Source of the DNA: Dehalococcoidia bacterium
GTDB lineage: Bacteria; Chloroflexota; Dehalococcoidia; Lucifugimonadales; JAAXIE01
Assembly: GCA_965197805.1 (NCBI GenBank)
Contig: OZ240229.1
Span: 1,295,823 to 1,359,822 of the forward strand
Reading direction: 5' to 3'
Length of the DNA: 64,000 nt
Position 1 is the first letter of the stretch; every line of letters begins with the position of its first letter. The position numbers were made by a program, and so were the translations under genes. The notes under the pieces are model-generated. The model was given only the letters and a program-made list of their open reading frames with translations, had not been told where the DNA came from and ran no database searches. Shown here in pieces: positions 37,107-47,389 of the stretch.

Positions 37107-38390
37107 CTAGGCGTCGCGCCAGTTTTCGGCACCCATCATGCGGTGCCAGCGGTCGTAGAAGGCACGGTGGTTCTCTTCGGTCCAGCGGTAGTCGCTATGC
37201 CAAGCCTTGAGCTCTTCACTGAAGCGCTCGTGACCCATGCCCATTTGGTTATTGATAGGAACGCGACGCGACATAACGCCACGACAGGTGTTCGTGCATT
37301 CCTGCCAGTTGTCCATGTCGTCCTGCTCGAAGGTCCCGGATGGGCCGAAGCCACGGGCCCCCACCTGCCGGATGGCGGCTTTGACCTCGGGCGGGGCCAG
37401 CTTGTCGGCGCAGGCCCACGACCAGATTTCCACCTTGTCGGGCCCGCGGGGATGCCACACACGCAGCAGGCGGGATGCGGAACGCAGCATGGAGAAGTTG
37501 GGGAAGAGGTTGCCCGAAATTGGCTTCACCAAATCCATGCGCGGCCCCAATCTCTTACGCACCTCGTCGCGGACGGAATCCTCGTACTCCCGCACCGGGG
37601 TATTGGGCGGGTCGGAGTCGGAGTCGGGCCCGTGGCATATGACGCCGTGTCCCCCTCTTCCATCACCCCAAGGCACGTTCAGCATCGTGCCCTTCCCGTC
37701 TGGCGCGGCCGAAGGAGAGTTGGAAAAGTTGGACAGTACGGCGGAAAGATGCGTCCACTGGATGTGGTAGGAGTCGCCAGCGAAGTTTTCGGCCCCAAAT
37801 TTCCAGTTGCAGGGCACAATCCAGCGCTGTGGGGCGCCCAATACTTCCACGCCTCCCTCGCGCCTGTCGAAGAAGAAGTCGAGGTACCAAGCCATTTCGC
37901 CAAGGTACTCCAGCAGCGATGGCGCGGAGGTGTCGAAGGTACCGAAATAGAGACCCTTGTAGCTGTCTACTTGGGCTACAGGAGCAAGGCCCCACTTGCT
38001 GGTGTCCAGCTCGTTGTAGTAGGCCTCCTTGAAGCTGGGCACCGCGATGAGCTTGCCATCTGTGCCATATGTCCAGCCGTGGTAGGCGCAGATGAAGGAG
38101 GAGGTGTTGCCGGCATCGGCACGGCAGACGCGGTTGCCCCGGTGACGGCACACGTTCAGAAACGCACCGACTGTCCCATCAGTGTGACGCACGACGAGCA
38201 CGGGGTCCTCGCCCATGTACGTGGAGAAGAAATCGCCGGGGTTGGGTATCTGGCTCTCGTGGCAGAGGAACAGCCAGCAACGGGCGAAAATCTGCTCCAA
38301 TTCTTTCTGGTAAAGGTCCGGTTCGATAAAAATTTGCTTGCTGATCATTCCCCGGTCAGTATCAACCAAGCCACGTAGGTCCGTCGCCAT
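37107..38390 (-). CDS. Rieske oxygenase alpha subunit (tandem-duplicate copy 2)
   Basis: 427-aa ORF, close paralogue of 35343-36626 with the same Rieske motif. Confidence 0.85.
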   Translation of the reverse strand: MATDLRGLVDTDRGMISKQIFIEPDLYQKELEQIFARCWLFLCHESQIPNPGDFFSTYMGEDPVLVVRHTDGTVGAFLNVCRHRGNRVCRADAGNTSSFICAYHGWTYGTDGKLIAVPSFKEAYYNELDTSKWGLAPVAQVDSYKGLYFGTFDTSAPSLLEYLGEMAWYLDFFFDRREGGVEVLGAPQRWIVPCNWKFGAENFAGDSYHIQWTHLSAVLSNFSNSPSAAPDGKGTMLNVPWGDGRGGHGVICHGPDSDSDPPNTPVREYEDSVRDEVRKRLGPRMDLVKPISGNLFPNFSMLRSASRLLRVWHPRGPDKVEIWSWACADKLAPPEVKAAIRQVGARGFGPSGTFEQDDMDNWQECTNTCRGVMSRRVPINNQMGMGHERFSEELKAWHSDYRWTEENHRAFYDRWHRMMGAENWRDA

Positions 38391-38552
38391 TTGCGCCTCC
38401 TAGAGAGCTCAGGAGAGGGTTCGGCTCATCAGAGTCTTGGACTCGTGAGTGCCAAAGTATCGCATGCCACCAAAGGTCGGGCAAGCAAGAGTCCATTCCG
38501 CCATGACATTCTCGTGTTGACGTATTGTCGTCCTCTGCCATACGCTTGATGT

Positions 38553-38640
38553 GCATAGACCCTTGATGTGGTCCGGTAAAGAAACGGCTGGGGACTGACC
38601 CCTGTGGAGCATGGACAGGCGGTCTCCCCTAGCCTTTTTT
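38553..38640 (+). ncRNA. Candidate small RNA (copy 2 of 36801-36888)
   Basis: TTGACG (38517-38522), N18, TACGCT (38541-38546). Hairpin GGCTGGGGA / TCCCCTAGCC (one bulge) followed by T6 (38635-38640). Offset from copy 1 is exactly 1752 nt. Confidence 0.3.
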
Positions 38641-39087
38641 ATTCAGGCAACTTAGCAATTTGGAGCGCTCAACCGTGACTAGCAACTCAACCCTGCGCGG
38701 GAACTCTACTAACGAAGCACAACCCCATACACCAAGAGCGGGCTTGGTTCCGCCGCGGCCACCTCGTCAAGGCTGACCCGAACCTGTCGTCCGACAATCT
38801 GGACCACACACAGACACAAAAATTTTCGCGCCAGCTACGGAAGTGCAATCGCGGCATCCTTGCCGCGCGAAACATCCCCCAAATCCTATCTGGACCATGT
38901 TCCACCGCGGCAAACGCGGCGGAGATTAGCTACGAAACGTTTTTCCTCAGATACGATCAGTGCCGCATTCAACACCCAGATCGTATCTGGCGGGGCCGGT
39001 TCTTTGCGGCATCGTGGCCACATTAATGCCGCGTTGAAGTTCCCCGCTCCCCCGCTACGGCGCAGGGATATCATGCGAGGATTCGTG

Positions 39088-39990
39088 TTAGATGCGCGTG
39101 AACTTGACGACGCGTCGGCCGGGCCCCCAATCGCCGGGCTGGACTACGTAGAGGTCCTTGTGGGAGTCGACCCAGATGCCGTGGCAGGTGCGCAACTCCG
39201 GGCCTCCCCAACGGGCCAGACGTTCCCCGTCGAGGGTCACGATGCTGGTGTGACCCGAATTGTGTTCCGGTATGTAGACCGCATCATCCTCGTCCACGTA
39301 GAAGAGGGCTGGGCCGATGAGGTCCGTTTCCCAGATATCCAGCACCTCGCCCTCTTGGCTGAAAACCTGCACCCGGTCGCCCTCGCGCTCCGCCACCAAC
39401 ACCCGGTCCCGGCGATCAATCCACACCCCGTGTGGGAGGGTGAGCCCACCGGGTGCGGTACCCGGCTGGCCCCACGACAGGAGATGCCTTCCATCGGCGG
39501 AGAAGCGGTGCACTTCGCAGTTGCCATAACCATCGGCGATGAAAATGTCGCCCGATGGAGCGACGCATACACCCGCGGGCAGGTTGAAGGGGCCTCCGGG
39601 ATGGGTAACGTCTGTGTAGGCTGTGGAGCTGAGCTCGGTGGCGCCGGAGTCGGAGCGATAGCCTCTCGTCCCGATGGTGAGCTGAAGGTCGCCGTCTGTG
39701 GTGAACTTCATGACTTGTCCATGATTGCGGTCCACCAGCCAGACGTAGTCCTCGGCATCGACATAGATGGCATGAGGGAATGCGAATTGACCTTCACCCC
39801 ATGAGCGCAGGTAGGTCCCATCGGCGGCGAAAACCATCACGGGGTGCTCTTCGGAGCGGTTGAAGCAGTAGACGCGGTCTTGAGAGTCGACTGCTACAGC
39901 TGCTGCGCGTATCTCCACGCCTTCGGGCAATTGTGCCCAATCTTGGTCCACTTGGTAAGTATATTTCCCGCTACCGACGACAACTGACAT
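39088..39990 (-). CDS. NHL-repeat six-bladed beta-propeller protein
   Basis: 300-aa ORF with repeated 'P.G(V/I).(V/I)D....(V/I)(Y/W)V.D' blades, e.g. 'FPHAIYVDAEDYVWLVDRNHGQVMKF' and 'LPHGVWIDRRDRVLVAERE'. Confidence 0.6.
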   Translation of the reverse strand: MSVVVGSGKYTYQVDQDWAQLPEGVEIRAAAVAVDSQDRVYCFNRSEEHPVMVFAADGTYLRSWGEGQFAFPHAIYVDAEDYVWLVDRNHGQVMKFTTDGDLQLTIGTRGYRSDSGATELSSTAYTDVTHPGGPFNLPAGVCVAPSGDIFIADGYGNCEVHRFSADGRHLLSWGQPGTAPGGLTLPHGVWIDRRDRVLVAEREGDRVQVFSQEGEVLDIWETDLIGPALFYVDEDDAVYIPEHNSGHTSIVTLDGERLARWGGPELRTCHGIWVDSHKDLYVVQPGDWGPGRRVVKFTRI

Positions 39991-40361
39991 AACGATTCCC
40001 CTCTCCAGCCAGTTATGTTGGGCCGCATTCTATCGCCAGACGCATCGAGCCGACAAGTCTTTGGTCACTGTTTCAAAATCTGACCAAAAGTCGCCGTTCG
40101 TTTCCATGGCGTTCGAGTTTGAGGCTCGCCATAATCTCAACCCGTGAAGGTCATGTGCTACGCGTCATCTCAGATCCAATGGTCCCCACCCTCCGATCAT
40201 ATGGCGCACCGCATGATACAGGAACCGACAACCCCCACGGCGTTGGAGAGGAGGGATGAACTGAGGAATAGCATGCCAGATCGCGCCTTGAGCAGACGAC
40301 TCAGGGCGAAATGGGGGCAACCCCGAAAAGACTCAATTAATTTGCGACAGGAGCATGGTAG

Positions 40362-40676
40362 ATGGACAACTTCAGCGTAGTGGTCTTGGCCTTTGCGATG
40401 GCTTATGCCACTGGTGTCCTTTGGTATAACATACTGGACCGCAGGTACGACTCATGGATGCGCATGGCTGCCTTCCCGCTGCTCGGTCTAGTTGCTGCCG
40501 AAGGAATATGGGGCGTCTACAGCTTGGCGGGGCCGGAGTTCATGGGCTTGCACGTTGTTGCAGTGGCATTCGGCACTGGCATCGGCGCTCTGAGTGACGT
40601 AGTGCTGCAGGCCATCACACGCGAGTCTCATGTGAACAAGGTGGTCGGCGTCTTCACTCACCTCTTCCGCGGATAG
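40362..40676 (+). CDS. Small membrane protein (3 predicted TM), unknown function
   Basis: 104-aa hydrophobic ORF. No recognisable motif. Confidence 0.35.
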   Translation: MDNFSVVVLAFAMAYATGVLWYNILDRRYDSWMRMAAFPLLGLVAAEGIWGVYSLAGPEFMGLHVVAVAFGTGIGALSDVVLQAITRESHVNKVVGVFTHLFRG

Positions 40677-41185
40677 CTCCCGCATACCGCCAACCTCGAC
40701 CCTGGGCACATTTCATGGGAGGAAGTGCCCAGGGTTTTCTTTTGCCCCCCGAGCCGTTCCATAGCTGTCATCGAGGTGAGGCGGGTTATGCAAGGCATCG
40801 GGAGGGAGATACAATGGCGCAGATGCAGAATAGGGATAAGGGATAGTAGAAAGCTGAGCTGAGGGACGGACAAATTGCCTTTATCTGATCGAGACTACGT
40901 AAGGGGTAACCATCCGGCCGCCTGCACGTGTGTAGAATGCGGCCGGAAACGCATGGCGCAATCGCAGAGGGGCAGTCTGATAGATAAGCTGTTCAGGGGC
41001 GTTTCCCGCTTGTTCGGGGGCAGGTAGCCGGGGGGTCTCCACTACCATAGTATTGGTCTTCGACGGCTTGCACCCAGAGTGCCTCGCCCAATGCGAGACC
41101 CCGACGCTGCCGGAGAGCAAGGAACTGGGCGCTATGTGATGGAGAAGGTGCTGGCTTAGGGGTAGGCACCCTTCAGTCGGTCACT

Positions 41186-41905
41186 TCAGCCGATCACGTA
41201 GCTCTTGAAGCTCTCGGCGGCGCCCATGCCCTTCTCTTTGCCCGCGCTCACCTTCCACTGGCGCACAAAATCGAAATGGTCCTCTCCCATGTGTCCCACT
41301 TGGCTCACATGCTGTTTCAGGGCTTCCAATCCTTGTTCCACGGTGTCGGTGACGTCGACCCACTTGTCGGCGCCGTCGTCACCGAATGTCATGATCATCA
41401 ACTCGCGTATCTTGTGAGGCTCGAACCCCTCGGCGAACAGCTCGGGGAAGGTGAGGCGGTCGCGGGCCGCGGGGAACATGGCAGCCATGGCGGCCTCGCC
41501 AGAGGCGAAGTGGTCAGGGTGGCCCATATACCCGTGCCCTTTCAGGGTACGCATGGGCGTCTCGCATATCATCACGTCGGGTTGGAAGCGCCTTATCTCA
41601 CGCACGATATCACGGCGCAGGTCGAGGGTGGGCTCCAGCATGGCATCCTCGTAGTTCAGGAAGACGACGTCCTCAACACCCAGCACCTTGCAGGCGTTGC
41701 GCTGCTCCTGTTGCCGGGTCTCTATCAGCCAGCCGACGTCCACATTGGGGTCGGAGCTGCCCTTGCTACCGTCGGTGCACACCACATAGACGACCGACAT
41801 GCCCTCTCGGCACCACTTCGCCACGGTACCGGCGCATCCGTACTCCGCATCGTCGGGATGGGCTATAACTACCATCCCTCTCTGATAGCCTTCCTCTGAG
41901 GCCAT
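41186..41905 (-). CDS. PIG-L/LmbE-family deacetylase
   Basis: 'VVIAHPDDAEYGCAGT' and 'HPDH', the family zinc-binding motifs. Confidence 0.8.
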   Translation of the reverse strand: MASEEGYQRGMVVIAHPDDAEYGCAGTVAKWCREGMSVVYVVCTDGSKGSSDPNVDVGWLIETRQQEQRNACKVLGVEDVVFLNYEDAMLEPTLDLRRDIVREIRRFQPDVMICETPMRTLKGHGYMGHPDHFASGEAAMAAMFPAARDRLTFPELFAEGFEPHKIRELMIMTFGDDGADKWVDVTDTVEQGLEALKQHVSQVGHMGEDHFDFVRQWKVSAGKEKGMGAAESFKSYVIG

Positions 41906-42014
41906 GCTTATCTCCTCGTCAACTCAAACTCCAAAATTGCAGGGCATAGTGTACCATTCCGTTCTTCCAGATACGAGGAACCGCGCTGTCGCACCCCAGT
42001 CTCCACGAGCGGCG

Positions 42015-42043
42015 TTGACACCGTCCCGCGCCCTTGCTGTAAT
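42015..42043 (+). promoter_or_regulatory. Sigma70-type promoter of tRNA-Val
   Basis: TTGACA (42015-42020), N17, TGTAAT (42038-42043), 11 nt upstream of the tRNA 5' end. Confidence 0.55.
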
Positions 42044-42054
42044 AGAACCCCCAC

Positions 42055-42131
42055 GGGCGGTTAGCTCAGCTGGTTAGAGCACCTGCTTTACACGCAGGGG
42101 GTCAGAGGTTCGAGTCCTCTACTGCCCACCA
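42055..42131 (+). tRNA. trnV: tRNA-Val (anticodon TAC), CCA encoded
   Basis: Cloverleaf read by eye. Acceptor GGGCGGT/ACTGCCC, D-arm GCTC..GAGC, anticodon stem CCTGC/GCAGG with loop TTTACAC, T-arm AGAGG-TTCGAGT-CCTCT, then A-CCA. Confidence 0.9.
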
Positions 42132-42293
42132 CACTGGACGGTAGCCAGTACCGAACCCGTCATGAGCTCCATCCTCGGCGTTCCCCGGGTGTCCTGCTGT
42201 CCTCGGGCATGGTAATGGAATAGGTAACATTCCGCCGCCATCTCAATCCATCGCCCCTGGCTACCGCAGAATTTAGTGGTCCCACACATCTGA

Positions 42294-42686
42294 TCACACG
42301 ATGGAGTCCGGGTCTAGCAACGCCTCGGCCTGCGTCCGGTCCATGGTTGTGAGGGCCACGGTCGCTTGGCCTTCGCAGCGGTCCAGGATGTGCAGGCTCT
42401 GGATGTTCACGCCCGCTTCCTTGAACCGCTCCGCTACCCTAGCCAGCGAGCCCGGCTGGTCCGGCAGCCGGAATATCAGCGAGTCATCGGTGGCGGCCCG
42501 GTACCCAGCGTCCTTCAGGGCATGCAGCGCCAGGTCCGTGTCATCGGTCGTGAGGGTGATGATGCCCTGCGCACCGGTCCCCCCGGTGTCCAGGGACTCG
42601 ATGTTGACGCCCGCGTCGGCCAAGGCTCGGGCGATGTCGGCGATGAGGCCGACCCGGTCCCTGACGATGATGACTATTCTCTCCAT
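42294..42686 (-). CDS. Tandem ACT-domain regulatory protein
   Basis: 130-aa ORF with 'IIVRDRVGLIADIARALADAGVNIESL' and a second copy 'LPDQPGSLARVAERFKEAGVNIQSL'. Confidence 0.7.
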   Translation of the reverse strand: MERIVIIVRDRVGLIADIARALADAGVNIESLDTGGTGAQGIITLTTDDTDLALHALKDAGYRAATDDSLIFRLPDQPGSLARVAERFKEAGVNIQSLHILDRCEGQATVALTTMDRTQAEALLDPDSIV

Positions 42687-42698
42687 TTGTTCTCTCCT

Positions 42699-43811
42699 CT
42701 ACATCCTGCAGTCTTCGACCAGCCCGTCAACCATCTCGTGGGTCACATGGGGCATGGTTATAAGGTGGGCCAAGTCCTGGGACGGTGCCAGCTGCCACTT
42801 ACGCATGATCGGATCAGGCGGCCGGGGGAACAGTACCGTGACGGAGTTCCGGTTACGCCATGCCGGGATGCCCCGATCGTTGAAACGGTCGACGGCGTAC
42901 CGGGCCGTCTCCAGCATCCCACCCACCAGCCGAGTGAAGCCGTCCCTGCCGTACCTTTCCAGTGCGTACCACAGTATGAGGGGAGTCCAAGCGTTCCGTG
43001 ACCCCGGGATGGTGGTGTCCATGACACCCACGACCTCGATGGAGCGAGCGATGCGGGCCACGTAATCACGCTTCGTCAGGACGACCCCGCAGGGCAGGGG
43101 CGAGCCGATGAGTTTGTGACCGCTGATGGCCAAGCTGTCGGCACCGGCGTCGAATCCGAAGGGCTGGGGCTCTGGCACGAAAGGCAGGATCATGCCGCTC
43201 AGTGCGGCGTCCGAGTGGATGTAGGAACGGGTGATACCCAGGTCCCGAAGGATCGAGCCCACCCTGCCCAGATCGTCTACCGCCCCCTTCATGGTGGTGC
43301 CGATGTTGGCCATAAAAATGACGGGGGTATCCAGATGGATCCGGAGGGTCTCCTGCAGGTCCTCGTAGTCTACCTCGCCGTTCTCCTGGCTGCGGATCAT
43401 CATGCTCCGCATGTTCAGGACCCGGAGGAGTTTGGGGATGCTGTAGTGGGTGTCCTCGGAGAAGTAGACCGTGCCGTCGGGGAATAACTCCCGGGCCATG
43501 TAGAGGCCATACATGTTCCCCTCCGTGCCGCCCGACGTCACGTAGCCCCAAGCCTGGTCTTGGGGCAGTCCCATGAGGCTGGCGAAGCTGGCTACCACCT
43601 CCTGCTCGAACTCGTGGGTGTTGACTCCGAAGTTACTGCCCCGGAAGGGGTCCCCGACGTTGTTGGCGGAGTACTGGAGGAACGGCAGCAGTTCCGAGTA
43701 GTCGAAGTCCTGGTTGCAGGGGTATCCGACCTGGAAGCCAGCCCTCTCCTCGAAGGTCTGGAGGAGGGCATCCAGCCGGGCCCGTGATCTGTCCGTGAGG
43801 GGCTTGAACAT
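42699..43811 (-). CDS. PLP-dependent group II decarboxylase (histidine decarboxylase-like)
   Basis: 370-aa ORF with the 'SLAISGHKLIGSPLPCGVVL' PLP-lysine motif. Size and N-terminus resemble bacterial PLP-type HdcA. Confidence 0.7.
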   Translation of the reverse strand: MFKPLTDRSRARLDALLQTFEERAGFQVGYPCNQDFDYSELLPFLQYSANNVGDPFRGSNFGVNTHEFEQEVVASFASLMGLPQDQAWGYVTSGGTEGNMYGLYMARELFPDGTVYFSEDTHYSIPKLLRVLNMRSMMIRSQENGEVDYEDLQETLRIHLDTPVIFMANIGTTMKGAVDDLGRVGSILRDLGITRSYIHSDAALSGMILPFVPEPQPFGFDAGADSLAISGHKLIGSPLPCGVVLTKRDYVARIARSIEVVGVMDTTIPGSRNAWTPLILWYALERYGRDGFTRLVGGMLETARYAVDRFNDRGIPAWRNRNSVTVLFPRPPDPIMRKWQLAPSQDLAHLITMPHVTHEMVDGLVEDCRM

Positions 43812-44366
43812 GACGTATTCTCCCTGAGGTCCTGTGTGTAATACGGCTTACATCGGTCTGGAGGGTTGCACCCCTCTCGGGTCCACCCTCCCATTATCGG
43901 CTTCTCTGGCCTTTTCTACCGTGGTGGACGTGGTCTATGAGCCCTTGGGTAATCCTCTCCTGCAAGTCCCCTTCGGGAAGGCTTCCCTAGAACCAGTCTA
44001 TCACTTACTTGTTTGACATCGAGAAGGAGGTCGTCTTAGGAGACTACCCGAACCGGTAGAGCAAGGTGGAATAGGATGGGGTTGTAGCTGTAGCTACCAA
44101 AGGGGGTGCAAGTCAGGGTGAGGGACTTACCGCGGGCATCGGCGAGGACGCCCACTGGGATGTCCTGTCCGAGCCATGGCCCTCGTACTTGTTGACCTCA
44201 GCGCCGATGAGCAGGTCGAGGAAGCCTGCCATGCGGTGCTCGACGTGGTCGGCCAACGGGTAGCGCCTGGGACACCACGATGCGGTGTCCTCCCCGTGTC
44301 TTCAGATCATCCTATGAGGGCTCCGATGCGCCGTGTTGGGGACCAATCCAGCCAGCGACGCGGTTT

Positions 44367-45123
44367 CTACTCAGGAGACTTGAAGAGTGATATGCGATTG
44401 CCAGCGATGTCATAGAATATGGCTAGGGAGCCGAATCCGCCGGGAACCTCTGTGGGAGGCACTAGGGCGCTGCCGCCTAGGCTTACGGCCTTGTCAAGAT
44501 ACGCTGGCAGGTCGTCGACCACAACGGCGACGGACGGATGGTTGGGAGGCATAACTTCTGTGTGTTGGAAGATACCACCGCCAATCCCTCCAGATTCCTG
44601 TTGGACAAGGCGGTAGTTGGCCTCCTCGTGGTGGTGGATTTGCCAGTCGAACATTGCGGCGTAGAACTCGGCGAGCGACGCAGCGTCGCTGCCTCCAACC
44701 TCGAGGTGCACCGCCGGCGGAGCGTTCCCCTTGGGTGGCATCTGTCCATCCCATTCCGTCGGTAGCGAATACAGCCCTATGCAGTTGTCAGCAGGGTCCC
44801 CGAACATAGCGATCGAACCCATGCCAGGCGCTATCTCCATCGGTGGCATGATGGCGTTCCCACCCATGCCTGCCACCTTATCGAGTGCTGTTTAGAAGGT
44901 CGTCAACCTGCACGTAGAAGGCGACATAGCTGCGCGCCGGCATTTCCTCAGTCGTAGGAAACACGCCACCACCGATGCCGCCCTCGTTTGCCGACACCAC
45001 TCCGTAGTTGCCCATCTCTTCGCTCTGCACGTCAATCTTCCATCCGAACAACTCGCGATAGAACTGTTGCGAGGCAGGCCCATCCGGGCCGGCAATTTCA
45101 AAGTGCACTACTGGGTTTCCCAT
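44367..45123 (-). pseudogene. Two-domain VOC/glyoxalase-family protein with a 1-nt frameshift
   Basis: ORFs 44878-45123 and 44367-44876 are two halves of one VOC protein. 'VQVDDL' continues as 'TALDKVAGMGGNAIMPPMEI' in the other frame. The shift is at an A3 run (plus-strand TTT, 44891-44893). Confidence 0.65.
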
Positions 45124-45340
45124 TGTTTATCCTACCCTCAAAGTTCGGAATTTTCCTGCGTCACAATCTATTGTAAGGTTCTACGACTTGTCCACCTAGT
45201 TCAGTAGCCAGTTGACTCGATGTTGTTGCTCATGAGGCAGGAGAGCGCTGACGGGGCAAGGACCGGCCACCGGCGTAGGGCGGCACTGATGTTCCCGGAC
45301 TTGTCACCGCATAGGCGCAACGGCAACGGCCTGCGCCAGC

Positions 45341-47389
45341 CTATTCCGCCTTCAGTTCCTGCAATTGGCTGTCGATGGCTTCGGCTGCTAGGGACAACCT
45401 CTCCCACTCTTCCCACAGGGACTCGACCTCTTTTTTGAGGACGGTGTACTGTTCTCCTGTGGTGACCAGTTGATCGTGGTGGTCGAACTGGTCTGGGCGG
45501 GAGAACATTTTCTCCAATGCCGCGATGCGTTTCTCCCGGTCAGATAGGGTCACGCTTATCTCTTCTGTCCATGCAGCCAACCTGCGAGCTTCGCTGGCGA
45601 GCAACCGACGCTGTTCCTCTTCGGGGCTCAGCGGGCGTCCGGAGCGTCTTCTGCCGGATCTTCCGCTACCAGATCCCCCGAGAACAGGTGGCCCACTGGA
45701 GCCGGCGGCTGTACCTCCGTTGGATGCTGGACTCGCGCTTCCGTTACGATTGTGAGGCTGCTTCTGGTGCTCGAACTGCTGTTGGTGCTGGGTTTGCTTC
45801 TGGTGGAGATAGGAGTCGTAGTCGCCGGGGAATATGGCGGGCTTGCCATGGTCAATCTCGACTATCTTGTTGGCGACCTGCCGAATCAGAGTCCGATCGT
45901 GGGTGATGAGACAAATGGTACCGTGATAAGCGTCGAGGGCGTCGGCGAGTATTTCCCGGGAGGCCATGTCGAGATGATTGGTGGGCTCGTCCATGAGGAG
46001 GAGATTGCTGGGGCGGAGGAGGAGCTTGGCTAGGGCCACCCGGGCTTTCTCTCCGCCGGACAACACGGATATTGACTTGTAGACATCATTTCCGGTGAAC
46101 AGAAAGCCGCCGAGGGTTGTGCGCAGGTTCTGTTCTGTCTCAGTGGGCGTGGACTCGTGGAGTTCCTGGATGAGTGTGTTGCGCGGGTTCAGGAGTTCGG
46201 GTAAATGTTGCGCATAGTAGGCTGGCACCACGTTGTGGCCGAGCTTCCTTTCGCCCGCATCAAGAGGCAGAACATCGGCGAGTATCTTCAGCATGGTGGT
46301 CTTGCCAGCGCCGTTTGGTCCGACTAGGGCAACCCGGTCGCCGCGGTAGAGCTCCAGACCAATGCCACGATAGACCGCGTTATCGCCGTAGGACTTGCTG
46401 ACGTTGGTCAGGGATATAACCGTGTGACCAGCGCGGGGAGGCTCAGGGAAGGAGTAGCGGACTTTCTTCGTCGTTCTCGGCAACTCGATAATCTGAATCT
46501 TTTCGAGCTGCTTCAGGCGGCTCTGGACTTGGCTGGCCTTTCGTGCCTTGGAACGAAAACGCTCGACGAAGCGCATTTGCTTCGCTATCTCGCGTTCCTG
46601 CCTGTCCGCGGCCGCCTGCTTGGCCTGCAGGGAGCGCTCGCGGGCAACGAGGTAGTCATCGTAGTTTCCCCGGTGGAGGATTACCTCGTTGAACTCGATG
46701 GCGAGGACTTGGGTTGCGGTTTGGTTCAAGAACGCGCGGTCGTGGGACGTGATTATCACCCCGCCTGGGAAGGAGGACAGATATTTCTCGAACCAGATGT
46801 TTGCATCGAGGTCGAGGTGATTGGTTGGTTCGTCCAACAACAAGAGGGAGGGCCTCATAAAGAGCAGCCGGGCAAGACCTGCCCGCATGACCCAGCCGCC
46901 GCTGAACTCGCCCATGGGCCGAATGAAGTCGTGCTGCTTGAAACCGAGGCCCGACAGGATGGTCTTGGCTTCGTATTCCCTGCCCTCGCCATCAGAGGCT
47001 TCGAGGGCTGCATCGAGTTGGCGGAGGCGTTGCAAGAGATCGGCCTGCTGCTCGGGGTCGGTCTCCGATGAGAGGGCCTGCTGCGTGGCAGCAATACTCT
47101 CCACTAGGGCGATCGCCTCGGTGTTGGCGTCGAGCACCTCTTGGAGTAGAGGTTTGCCGGCAAACAGGGCAGGCTCCTGCTTGAGATAGCCGATGGAGAC
47201 GTTGCGCTGAGTGGACAGGCTGCCTGTTTCCGAAAGGGTGATGCCTGCCAGGATATCCATGAGCGTGGTCTTACCAGAGCCATTTGCCCCAATCAGGGCA
47301 ATACGGTCGCCCGCCGCTACGTTGAATGTGAGGTTACTGAACAGAGTCCTGTCGGAGTAGCCCTTACTGATATTAGATGCAAATAGCAT
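45341..47389 (-). CDS. ABC-F family ATPase (two ABC domains, no TMD)
   Basis: 682-aa ORF with 'GANGSGKTT' + '[14 protein letters not shown]' and 'GPNGAGKTT' + '[15 protein letters not shown]'. Gly/Arg-rich linker and coiled-coil tail. Confidence 0.9.
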   Translation of the reverse strand: MLFASNISKGYSDRTLFSNLTFNVAAGDRIALIGANGSGKTTLMDILAGITLSETGSLSTQRNVSIGYLKQEPALFAGKPLLQEVLDANTEAIALVESIAATQQALSSETDPEQQADLLQRLRQLDAALEASDGEGREYEAKTILSGLGFKQHDFIRPMGEFSGGWVMRAGLARLLFMRPSLLLLDEPTNHLDLDANIWFEKYLSSFPGGVIITSHDRAFLNQTATQVLAIEFNEVILHRGNYDDYLVARERSLQAKQAAADRQEREIAKQMRFVERFRSKARKASQVQSRLKQLEKIQIIELPRTTKKVRYSFPEPPRAGHTVISLTNVSKSYGDNAVYRGIGLELYRGDRVALVGPNGAGKTTMLKILADVLPLDAGERKLGHNVVPAYYAQHLPELLNPRNTLIQELHESTPTETEQNLRTTLGGFLFTGNDVYKSISVLSGGEKARVALAKLLLRPSNLLLMDEPTNHLDMASREILADALDAYHGTICLITHDRTLIRQVANKIVEIDHGKPAIFPGDYDSYLHQKQTQHQQQFEHQKQPHNRNGSASPASNGGTAAGSSGPPVLGGSGSGRSGRRRSGRPLSPEEEQRRLLASEARRLAAWTEEISVTLSDREKRIAALEKMFSRPDQFDHHDQLVTTGEQYTVLKKEVESLWEEWERLSLAAEAIDSQLQELKAE

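Noticed and set aside
37086-38378. 430-aa plus-strand ORF, and similar long antisense ORFs at 1319-2245, 34473-35342, 35403-36155, 38860-39804, 53076-54041, 61663-62409 and 61734-62627
   Set aside because: Each lies exactly opposite a gene with clear family motifs (Rieske, LLM, NHL, NIPSNAP, McrC). Each has Gly/Arg/Val/His-rich composition and no motifs of its own.
40875-41027. 50-codon Cys-containing ORF 'LPLSDRDYVRGNHPAACTCVECGRKRMAQSQRGSLIDKLFRGVSRLFGGR' (TTG start)
   Set aside because: It is below the track threshold, with a non-ATG start, no clear SD and no family that I can name. Support is insufficient for a feature.
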